Below, one piece after another: positions 1 through 7,377 of a stretch of DNA of 64,000 bases (its first letter is position 1; each line of letters begins with the position of its first letter). The notes beneath the pieces are model-generated. The model worked only from the letters and a program-made list of their open reading frames with translations. It did not search any database and was not told the origin of the DNA. This DNA comes from an uncultured Candidatus Poseidoniales archaeon. GTDB lineage: Archaea; Thermoplasmatota; Poseidoniia; Poseidoniales; Poseidoniaceae. The stretch lies in contig CACODE010000005.1 of the NCBI GenBank assembly GCA_902625885.1, forward strand, positions 12,570 through 76,569, given 5' to 3'. The position numbers were made by a program, and so were the translations under genes.

Positions 1-74
1 CCGTCAAGAAGACCGAGGAAAATTCGGAGGATGACGTCTTTGACTTTGATGAAGAAGACGACGATTTGTTCTGA
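1..74 (+). CDS. 3' end of an upstream gene (partial); acidic tail ...VKKTEENSEDDVFDFDEEDDDLF*
   Basis: The frame is open from the window edge to TGA at 72-74. Only 23 aa are visible. The acidic DFDEEDDDLF tip resembles protein-interaction tails, but the family cannot be called. Confidence 0.35.
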   Translation, partial: VKKTEENSEDDVFDFDEEDDDLF

Positions 75-134
75 TTGGTTCATCCCCACACGACATGAAA
101 CCCTCGTTTTGCAGGCCATTCCGGCCCGAAGTGG

Positions 135-140
135 TATAAA
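135..140 (+). promoter_or_regulatory. TATA-box candidate (TATAAA) for gpsA
   Basis: GGTATAAA lies about 25-35 nt upstream of the GTG (161) and ATG (170) starts. This spacing matches other leaderless or short-leader genes in the window. Confidence 0.35.
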
Positions 141-169
141 CCAATGAAGGTGCGAACAAAGTGATTAAC

Positions 170-1168
170 ATGGCGCACATCGCAGTGTTAGGGTTGGGAA
201 ACTGGGGAACCGCTATCGCCCGTTTGTGGCTGCTCGAAGGTCACAAAGTGAAAGGGTGGACCATCGAACAGGAAGTGTACGAATCCATCACGATGCGTGA
301 TACCAATGAGAAATACCTCGCCGACCACCCGGTTCCTGGCCTGGATGCCACCATGCACCTCGATGAGGCCATGGACGGGTCTGAAATCATCGTCTTGGCC
401 GTCCCCTCTTCGGTCATCTTGGACGTGATGGAAGACGTCCTGCCCCACCTTCAACCGGGTCACGTGCTGTTGGACCTTGCGAAGGGTTTGGCTCCCGGGA
501 AACGACTCATCTCAGAAGCCATACACTCCAGGCTCAAAGAGGAAGGAAAGGCCAACCCGCTGGCCGTTCTCACCGGACCAACCATCGCACCTGAAGCCGC
601 TGGCGGGGTGATGACCACGGCTTTGGTGGCGAGTGAAGACCAAGCCATTGCCCAGCGATTGGCCCAAACACTCAGCACACCAAGTTTCATTTTGCATCCT
701 GCCAGCGATCCTGTAGGCGCTGAACTTTGGGGGGCGTACAAGAACGTCGTTGCGCTTGCCTGCGGCCTTGTTGATGGGCTGAAACAAATCGGCGACTTGG
801 GCGGTGACAACCTGAAGGCGGGCATCTTCATGTCGGGTTTCAAGGAGGGTTGCCTGCTTCTGGCGGAACTTGGTGCAAGGGCCGAGGTCGCCTTTGGACC
901 AGCAGGTCTTGGCGACATGTACGTGACGGCGACGTCACCACACGGCAGGAACCGAACCATGGGCGAGAAGTTGGGCACCGGGTTGTCGCTTGATGAAGCC
1001 CTTGACGAGATGCACATGGTCGCAGAAGGCGTCAGAGCGACCCGTATGTTCGTTGAGAGAGCGGAGGACGCAGGGCTAAACATCCCCTTCACCAAAGCCC
1101 TGAACACGCTCCTGAACGGCGACATAGACGCCGAGGAATGCTGTCGTCGAATGGTGGCTCTCGGTTGA
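170..1168 (+). CDS. gpsA: NAD(P)H-dependent glycerol-3-phosphate dehydrogenase (bacterial GpsA type)
   Basis: N-terminal Rossmann motif IAVLGLGNWGTAIA. Length is about 333 aa, and GpsA-like blocks are present (LAVPS, KGL, GPT/SxA, WGAYKNVVALACG, GDMYVT). An alternative GTG start lies at 161. Confidence 0.85.
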   Translation: MAHIAVLGLGNWGTAIARLWLLEGHKVKGWTIEQEVYESITMRDTNEKYLADHPVPGLDATMHLDEAMDGSEIIVLAVPSSVILDVMEDVLPHLQPGHVLLDLAKGLAPGKRLISEAIHSRLKEEGKANPLAVLTGPTIAPEAAGGVMTTALVASEDQAIAQRLAQTLSTPSFILHPASDPVGAELWGAYKNVVALACGLVDGLKQIGDLGGDNLKAGIFMSGFKEGCLLLAELGARAEVAFGPAGLGDMYVTATSPHGRNRTMGEKLGTGLSLDEALDEMHMVAEGVRATRMFVERAEDAGLNIPFTKALNTLLNGDIDAEECCRRMVALG

Positions 1169-1211
1169 AGACCGACGGAGACATTTTGAGGCGAAGCCTT
1201 GTCAAACAACC

Positions 1212-1427
1212 ATGGCCGACGAGTTGACCACCCTTGAAACGAAACTCATCAAGTGGCTCTCAAAAAGCGATTTCCATATTCAACCGTGGTCAACCAAAGA
1301 CGCAGCAAAAGCGTTCAAGGTTTCGGAAGACGAAATCTACGAGGCCGTTGCGGCGCTGACCAAGAAAGTTCCAGAGCGCATACAGGTCTTCTACAAAGAC
1401 GGGTCCGTTCACATCGCCGCCGATTGA
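1212..1427 (+). CDS. small hypothetical protein (71 aa), possibly winged-helix-like
   Basis: Clean ORF 43 nt after gpsA with protein-like composition. No family recognised. Confidence 0.45.
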   Translation: MADELTTLETKLIKWLSKSDFHIQPWSTKDAAKAFKVSEDEIYEAVAALTKKVPERIQVFYKDGSVHIAAD

Positions 1428-1428
1428 T

Positions 1429-2316
1429 TCAATCCGCTTGTTTGGATGATGCCTTCTTCTCTCGCATTCGCATGAGCACGCTCAGCCAAGATGGACGACG
1501 AACGTCACCCTGTTCGTTGACGAAGGATCTGGCAATGTAGGACACGAAATCAATGATGATAACCACAACGAAAATCATGATCAACAGCGCAAAAACCCTG
1601 TCATAATACATCAATTTCATGTAATTGTTGATGAAAAAGCCGACACCACCAGCGCCAACAATACCAATGACGGTACTGTGCCGAACGTTGTACTCAAACA
1701 TGAAAATCAGTTGACTCAAGATGTGGTTGCTGTTTTCAGGAATCACGATGTTGTTCGTGATGCTGAAGTTGGACAGGCCCATGGCACGACCCGCCTCTAA
1801 CGGCCCACTGTTCATGCCTTCGAAGGTTTCATACTGAAGTTTCCCAAGGTAGCCAATCGTGTAAAGCGTCATGGCCAAAACGCCCGAGAAGGGACCAAAA
1901 CCGACAACGATTACGAAAATAATCGCCCATATAAGGGCGGGCAGACTTCGTATGGCTGAAAGCAGGATTCGCACAGGCACACCGATCCAGTTCGAGCGCA
2001 AGTTGCGGGCGGCGAGCGGGGAGAGAAGAATCGCTCCCATGAAGCCAAAGATCGTGGAAGCGAAGGCGATTTGCAGGGTTTCGTACATGCTGCTGTAGCC
2101 AATCGAACACATGAACTCGAACCTGCTATTGCAGACAGGGTAGGTTACCGGGTCAAAAATAATCCAATTTGGTGGCCACATGCTCTGGTTGAAGAACACA
2201 ACGAGGTTGTCAAACCCTCCGGCCAATCGGCCCCAATCGCCTCCCGCCAGGTCGTTGACAACAATCACGGCAAAGAAAATCAGCACTGTAATGGCGCCAT
2301 AGAGACGATACATCAT
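1429..2316 (-). CDS. ABC transporter permease, PhnE-like (phosphonate-type family)
   Basis: Multi-TM protein with a PhnE-like ETLQIAFASTIFG block and an EAA-type loop (LEAGRAMGLS). The ATG at 2316 overlaps the upstream TGA as ATGA. The longest ORF starts at 2352. Confidence 0.7.
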   Translation of the reverse strand: MMYRLYGAITVLIFFAVIVVNDLAGGDWGRLAGGFDNLVVFFNQSMWPPNWIIFDPVTYPVCNSRFEFMCSIGYSSMYETLQIAFASTIFGFMGAILLSPLAARNLRSNWIGVPVRILLSAIRSLPALIWAIIFVIVVGFGPFSGVLAMTLYTIGYLGKLQYETFEGMNSGPLEAGRAMGLSNFSITNNIVIPENSNHILSQLIFMFEYNVRHSTVIGIVGAGGVGFFINNYMKLMYYDRVFALLIMIFVVVIIIDFVSYIARSFVNEQGDVRRPSWLSVLMRMREKKASSKQAD

Positions 2317-3008
2317 GCTTCTTCGCCTCCTGTTGGACTGAATTTTTCCCATTCCTCGGCAGACAAGTCGGTGAACGTCTCATCGTGAAACCACCAGACG
2401 CGGCTGGCGTATTGAATGACATGCTTTGGGTTGTGTTCCACCATGATCAGGCTGCTGCCCTGCGTTACCAGCGGAAGAACCGCTTCCATGACAGCGGAGG
2501 CGTTGCCTTCGTCAAGTTCACTCAAAAATTCATCGGCGAGGATGAGTTGAGGCCGCTGAGCCAGGGTTCTGGCTGTTGCTACACGGCGTTTCTGGCCGCC
2601 TGAAAGGCGGCGAACGGGTTCGGAGGCCTTCTCCGTCAAACCGACCGCTTTCAACGCCTCCTCGATTCTCTTTCTTCGCTCCGAAAACATGGTCCATTCA
2701 AGCCGCACGCCGGCGCCGAGGCCGACGTTGTTTGCAACGGAAGCGTGCCGTACAAGGCCGAGGTTTTGGGGGATGTAGCCGAGACCGCCTTTCTTGTCAA
2801 CCCTCAGCCGGCACGAGCCCTCGATCGGCGGCACCAAACCGGCAATGGTACGCAGCAGCGTTGTTTTACCGATACCAGAGATGCCGAGGATGGCGATGAC
2901 TTCGCCGTTCTGAACCTCAAGCGAGATGGGTTCGGCGAGGGGTTCGTTGTAGCCGATGACGAGGTTTGAGAGCGAGAGAATGGGATTGGCCACCATCTTC
3001 CTCTCCAA
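2313..3008 (-). CDS. ABC transporter ATP-binding protein, PhnC-like
   Basis: Walker A GISGIGKTT, signature LSGGQKRR, Walker B LILADEF and H-loop VEHN. Confidence 0.8.
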   Translation of the reverse strand: MERKMVANPILSLSNLVIGYNEPLAEPISLEVQNGEVIAILGISGIGKTTLLRTIAGLVPPIEGSCRLRVDKKGGLGYIPQNLGLVRHASVANNVGLGAGVRLEWTMFSERRKRIEEALKAVGLTEKASEPVRRLSGGQKRRVATARTLAQRPQLILADEFLSELDEGNASAVMEAVLPLVTQGSSLIMVEHNPKHVIQYASRVWWFHDETFTDLSAEEWEKFSPTGGEEA

Positions 3009-3037
3009 TTGATTGATGATCGCTCACCCTAAGATTG

Positions 3038-3913
3038 CTAATCCTCTGCGTTCTCACGGCCTTGGGAAGAGAGCATCTTTCGTGCTTTTTTCACCATGCG
3101 AACAAGTTCCACGCGAGCTTCGTCGGGTGTTGTCGCTTCTTTTTCGAACGCGAGGCGAATGGGGTAAGTGCCGTCGGGTAGGGTAGCGTGCATCTCAAAC
3201 CCGTACCGGTCAATGGCCGTCATCGTTGCCGATTCCACCGCCGTCGCATCGCTCATCGTTTTGCAGTACAGGACCATAGCGTCAGCGTGGTCCTCGTTCA
3301 TGTGGGTGATGATGTCTTCTGCATGAGGGCCGAGCGGATCGGCTTCGGCTGAAATCCAGTCCTCTTCCTCAAACCAGGACATTTTGCCAAAGCCGCCGAT
3401 GTAGCGTATAGAGGCGACGTTCAGTCCGTAGAAGGAAAAATCTCGGAAATCAACATAGTCAGCAGCGCTGGGGTGCTGCTTGAGGTAGGTTTCACGGGCG
3501 CCTGCCACTTCACTGTCAGCCAATTTGCGACACTCGCCAAGCAAGGTTACCCTTGCCGCAGCCAGCGGGTTTTCACCGTCGCTGTCGGAAATGAGCAACG
3601 AGGCTTTTGGGTTTTTCCTGAGGTTTTTGGTGTGCTCTGCGAGGCCGCTAATGAGAAAAATCGGTTTGCCGTTGTGAATGGCGTAGGTCACGAACGAGCC
3701 GTAGGGGTAGGCATCGTGGCGTTTTGAAACGCTGCACAGCGTACCGGTTATCTGGCGAGCAGCAAGTGTTCTCGCTTCTTCTGCATGCGACGACCGTTGA
3801 ACGTTGATGTCATACAGCACCGCTCTGGGTACCATTTTCGTTCCATCCGCCAAGACGTGCCCGGCATTTTGTGGTTGTTCCTTGATCGCCATGCCTACAG
3901 CTCCAGACTTCAA
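3038..3913 (-). CDS. HugZ/HutZ-like haem utilisation protein (PNPOx-like split barrel plus DUF2470-like C-terminal domain)
   Basis: The N-terminal half resembles a pyridoxamine-5'-phosphate-oxidase fold (GTLCSV...YPYGSFVTYA...PIFLISGLAEHTKNLRKNPKASLL). The C-terminal half carries the DUF2470-type motif ITHMNEDHADAM. The start overlaps the flavodoxin stop as ATGA. Confidence 0.65.
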   Translation of the reverse strand: MKSGAVGMAIKEQPQNAGHVLADGTKMVPRAVLYDINVQRSSHAEEARTLAARQITGTLCSVSKRHDAYPYGSFVTYAIHNGKPIFLISGLAEHTKNLRKNPKASLLISDSDGENPLAAARVTLLGECRKLADSEVAGARETYLKQHPSAADYVDFRDFSFYGLNVASIRYIGGFGKMSWFEEEDWISAEADPLGPHAEDIITHMNEDHADAMVLYCKTMSDATAVESATMTAIDRYGFEMHATLPDGTYPIRLAFEKEATTPDEARVELVRMVKKARKMLSSQGRENAED

Positions 3914-4371
3914 TCCAGAGCCTGCATTGCATCCAATGAAGTTTTTGTCCAGAACTCTGCGTCGTCCTCGAAATCGGTATCGCAGTCCATGCGTTCAGCG
4001 ATACGCTTGGCGCCTTTCTCTTCAAGTATGGCGTCCCACTCTTTACCGGATTCGCAGAACAAGTCAAACGCCGTATCGCCCAGCGCCAAGACGCCGAAGC
4101 TCATGCCGGCAAAGGCATCTGCGTCGGCTTCTGAAACCGCATCGAAGAGGTCTTGTGCGTTGTCCGGTTGTTCACCGTCGCCCCACGTGCTGCAGTAGAT
4201 GAGCAGTCGCTCAACTTCGCACATCTCGTCGACATCGATTTCATCCATGCCTCGCACTTCTACCTCAAAACCGGCGTCGGTTGCCGACGAACCGGCATCC
4301 TCAGCCAACATTTCCGCGTTTCCTGTTTCTGTTCCAAAAAGTATCATCAACTTCTTTCCCATTTTATTCAC
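3910..4371 (-). CDS. flavodoxin
   Basis: Flavodoxin FMN-binding signature MILFGTETGNAE, about 150 aa, acidic. The start overlaps the ABC ATPase stop as ATGA. Confidence 0.8.
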   Translation of the reverse strand: MNKMGKKLMILFGTETGNAEMLAEDAGSSATDAGFEVEVRGMDEIDVDEMCEVERLLIYCSTWGDGEQPDNAQDLFDAVSEADADAFAGMSFGVLALGDTAFDLFCESGKEWDAILEEKGAKRIAERMDCDTDFEDDAEFWTKTSLDAMQALD

Positions 4372-5165
4372 CTCGTTTCTTTTTCCAATGCACCATGGAT
4401 CATGATGCGAAGGGAACCTGATTTGTTGAGGATCTCGGCTTCCACGCCAAAGACCTCGGCTATGTTTTCTGGCGTCAACACCTCTTCGGGTGTTCCGTAG
4501 GCCATGATGCCGCCATCGTGCATGAGCAAAATTTTGTCGGAAAATCGCGCAGCGATGTCGATGTCGTGAATGGCGATGAGTGCAGAAGAGTTCCGGTCGG
4601 TGTCCTTGACCAGTTCACGCATTTTCTTCATGATGACGACTTGATTCTTCAGGTCAAGGTCGCTTGTGGGCTCATCCAAGAGGTACAGATTGGGCTTCTG
4701 AGCAAGGGCTTTCGCAAGAACCACGCGCTGTCGCTCCCCGCCTGAGAGGCGATCGTAGCGCCGGAACGCAAAGTCCTCCAAATCCAAGAACTCGAGGCTC
4801 TCGCTCACGATTTCTCGGTCTTCATCGCGAACGAACCAGCTGATGTATGGTCGGCGTCCAAGCAACACGACGTCGTAGACTTCCATAGGGAAATTTGTGC
4901 TAACGCTTTGGGGCACGTAGGCGATGCGCTGAGCGACATCAATGGTTTGCATGGTGCTCAGATCTTGCGCCAACAATGAAACACGCCCCGCCGATGGTTT
5001 GAGGATGCGGTTGACACATTTCAACAATGTTGTTTTGCCCGCTCCGTTGACTCCCAAAATGGATACCAATTCGTTGGATTTTATCTCAATATTCAGGTTT
5101 TGGAGGACCTCTCTGTTCGGCCAACTGAAGGAAAGATTCTCCACGGACAACAACGTGTTCATCAC
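4368..5165 (-). CDS. ABC ATP-binding protein of an iron-complex/haem/cobalamin-type importer (FepC/HmuV/BtuD-like)
   Basis: Walker A GVNGAGKTT, signature LSGGERQR, Walker B LYLLDEPTS and H-loop IHD. It is operonic with a FecCD permease. Confidence 0.85.
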   Translation of the reverse strand: MMNTLLSVENLSFSWPNREVLQNLNIEIKSNELVSILGVNGAGKTTLLKCVNRILKPSAGRVSLLAQDLSTMQTIDVAQRIAYVPQSVSTNFPMEVYDVVLLGRRPYISWFVRDEDREIVSESLEFLDLEDFAFRRYDRLSGGERQRVVLAKALAQKPNLYLLDEPTSDLDLKNQVVIMKKMRELVKDTDRNSSALIAIHDIDIAARFSDKILLMHDGGIMAYGTPEEVLTPENIAEVFGVEAEILNKSGSLRIMIHGALEKETR

Positions 5166-6286
5166 CGCACCCCCTTCGACTGCAACAGCAGGTACATGAA
5201 CACGGGTCCGCCGATGACTGCGAGCATGATACCAACCGGAATCACCACGGGAGCGAACAGCGTTCTGCCGATGGTGTCGGCCACGAGCATCAGGAAGGCC
5301 CCGCAGATGGCGGAAGCAGGCAAGAGTTTGCGGTAGTCGTTGCCGATGAGGATGCGGCTCATGTGAGGCGCAGCGAGGCCCACGAAGCCGATCATCCCGG
5401 TAAAGGCAATGATGAGGGAGGTGAGCAGAGCGGAGAGAATGAGGATGTTTCGGCGAATGGAGGAGGGGTCAACACCGGTTGAGACGGCAAAATCGTCGCC
5501 GCCCATCGAAAGCGCGTTGAGGTCCCATGACCATTTCATCGCTGTTGGGAACAACGTGAACGTGGAGGTCGCCACCAACGCCACCACCACCATGTTGGGC
5601 CGTGCGAGGCTGCCGAAAGACCAGTGAGCGAGTTGGGAGAGTTGGGCATCCGTTGCGAAATAGGTCAGCGTTGAAACGATGGCTCCAGCGATGAAGGTGA
5701 TCGCAATGCCCACCAAAATGTAGGATTCGGCGCTGACCGATCGGTACCTGCCGAGCTGAATGATGATGAAGACCACGATGAGGGAAAACACAAACGCATT
5801 GCCAGCGATGGCCAGGGAACCAACGGTAGTGAGGCTGAAACCGACGATGATGGCCAACGCAGCCCCCAGCGAGGCGCCAGAAGCGACCCCAAGGGTCAGC
5901 GGTGACACGAGCGGGTTGCCCAAGCAACCCTGCATCAATGCACCTGCCGTTGCAAGAGCGACGCCACCAAGAATGGCCATGAGGACCCTTGGTAAGCGCA
6001 GGCGCCAAATGATCTGCGATTGCAGGTCTTCAGCGTTCGTGCACGTTTGTCCGGCATTCCAAGCAACGCCGTCAAAATAGCCGCACGCTCGTAGGGTGTC
6101 GGGCAAGCCAACAAAGGCTCTGATGTCCCTAAGGATGGTTTGCGTGGTTGTCCACATGTCGAGGTTGGAAGAAGAGCCTTGACCGAGCGCAAAGATGCTA
6201 ACAAGCACAGTCACTGCGGACATGAGCCCCATTTTCACCAGTTGAGACTTGCCTTGTTTCTGATGCAGGGCCGACAAAGACAACAA
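5162..6286 (-). CDS. FecCD-family ABC permease (BtuC/HmuU-like)
   Basis: About 10 TM segments with typical FecCD blocks (RLPRVLMAILGGVALATAGALMQ, NPLVSP, GFVGLAAPH, GGPVFMYLL). Confidence 0.85.
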   Translation of the reverse strand: MLSLSALHQKQGKSQLVKMGLMSAVTVLVSIFALGQGSSSNLDMWTTTQTILRDIRAFVGLPDTLRACGYFDGVAWNAGQTCTNAEDLQSQIIWRLRLPRVLMAILGGVALATAGALMQGCLGNPLVSPLTLGVASGASLGAALAIIVGFSLTTVGSLAIAGNAFVFSLIVVFIIIQLGRYRSVSAESYILVGIAITFIAGAIVSTLTYFATDAQLSQLAHWSFGSLARPNMVVVALVATSTFTLFPTAMKWSWDLNALSMGGDDFAVSTGVDPSSIRRNILILSALLTSLIIAFTGMIGFVGLAAPHMSRILIGNDYRKLLPASAICGAFLMLVADTIGRTLFAPVVIPVGIMLAVIGGPVFMYLLLQSKGVR

Positions 6287-6297
6287 CGGAACACCGC

Positions 6298-7377
6298 CTA
6301 CGCAAAGCAGAGGAAGGTCCCCTTGCGGTCGATGTTAAAGTATGTGGTGAAGAAATCATCAAGATAAGCGTCCGAATCCACGTCCTCAAAGACGCTTGGC
6401 TGGAGTTGCTTGGCCAGTGTTGGCAGGCCGTAAATCATCATGGGACCTGCAAACTCACCGGCCATGACAAACATGCGGTCGTTTTCCACTGCTTGCATTT
6501 CTGTAAAACCGGGACGTTCGCTGATGGCTTGCATGTGGGTGGTGCACTTGTCTCGGTCGTCATAGGAGTCAAAACCGAGGTCAAAAGTGATGCCGTCAAA
6601 CATCAACACGTCCGGGTTTTCCTCGAGAATGGCCTCCATGTCGACGTGGGTGGTGTGGCCGGGAAGGTGGGAGAACACGTTCTTTCCGCCGGCAAGTTCG
6701 ATGAGGTCGGTCCATTGGGATGTACCGGTCAGCACGACCGGGTCTCTTGTCAGCGAAGCGTGGTGTTCCATCACGACCGTCGGACGGTCTTCTTCGCTGA
6801 CCAGGTCGATTCGTTCGTTGACCTCGGCCTCTATTCTGTCAAATTCTTCGAACAGTTGTTGAGCGTTGTCTTCCCTGTCAAAGAGCGTGGCGAGCACGCC
6901 AATCTCGTAGCGTAGCGAGTCGTATTTGTAGAAATCGAGCGCAAGCACGTGGATGCCTACAGGGTTTAGTTTCTCGCGAATGGCTTCGGTATCAACCATG
7001 CCGTTGGTGGCAAAAACGATGTACAACTCTGGCCGGGTGTCGAGGAGCGCTTCAAAATCGATCTCGGAGTGAGCGGAATTTTGGACGATGTCCGTGCCGT
7101 CAAGTTCTGGCCAGAGTTCGTTGCTCTGGAAGTCTTTTGATGCCCCAACGATGACGGACAAGTCCACGTCGAGCATTTTCATGACCGTGGCTGCGTACGT
7201 GTTGGTGAGCGCAACACGGGTTGGGGTCTCGTCGAACGAATAAGCGACGCCGTTTGAATCAACGACGGTTTTGGTGCCGTCCTCAACGGGTTCGTCGGCG
7301 CTGAAGTGGTAAATACCCCATCCACCGATGACAAGGATGACGACTTGGAGAATCCCAAGCATCTTGCCGGTGGCCAT
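6298..7377 (-). CDS. class III (BtuF/HmuT/FhuD-like) substrate-binding protein, N-terminally membrane-anchored
   Basis: N-terminal TM anchor, about 330-aa acidic ectodomain, positioned directly upstream of the FecCD permease. The start codon abuts the stop of the 803-aa gene. Confidence 0.7.
   Translation of the reverse strand: MATGKMLGILQVVILVIGGWGIYHFSADEPVEDGTKTVVDSNGVAYSFDETPTRVALTNTYAATVMKMLDVDLSVIVGASKDFQSNELWPELDGTDIVQNSAHSEIDFEALLDTRPELYIVFATNGMVDTEAIREKLNPVGIHVLALDFYKYDSLRYEIGVLATLFDREDNAQQLFEEFDRIEAEVNERIDLVSEEDRPTVVMEHHASLTRDPVVLTGTSQWTDLIELAGGKNVFSHLPGHTTHVDMEAILEENPDVLMFDGITFDLGFDSYDDRDKCTTHMQAISERPGFTEMQAVENDRMFVMAGEFAGPMMIYGLPTLAKQLQPSVFEDVDSDAYLDDFFTTYFNIDRKGTFLCFA

Noticed and set aside
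3690-3705. Third copy of the GTAGGGG hairpin core (GCCGTAGGGGTAGGC)
   Set aside because: It lies inside the HugZ-like coding sequence and lacks the complementary CCCC arm, so no hairpin forms.
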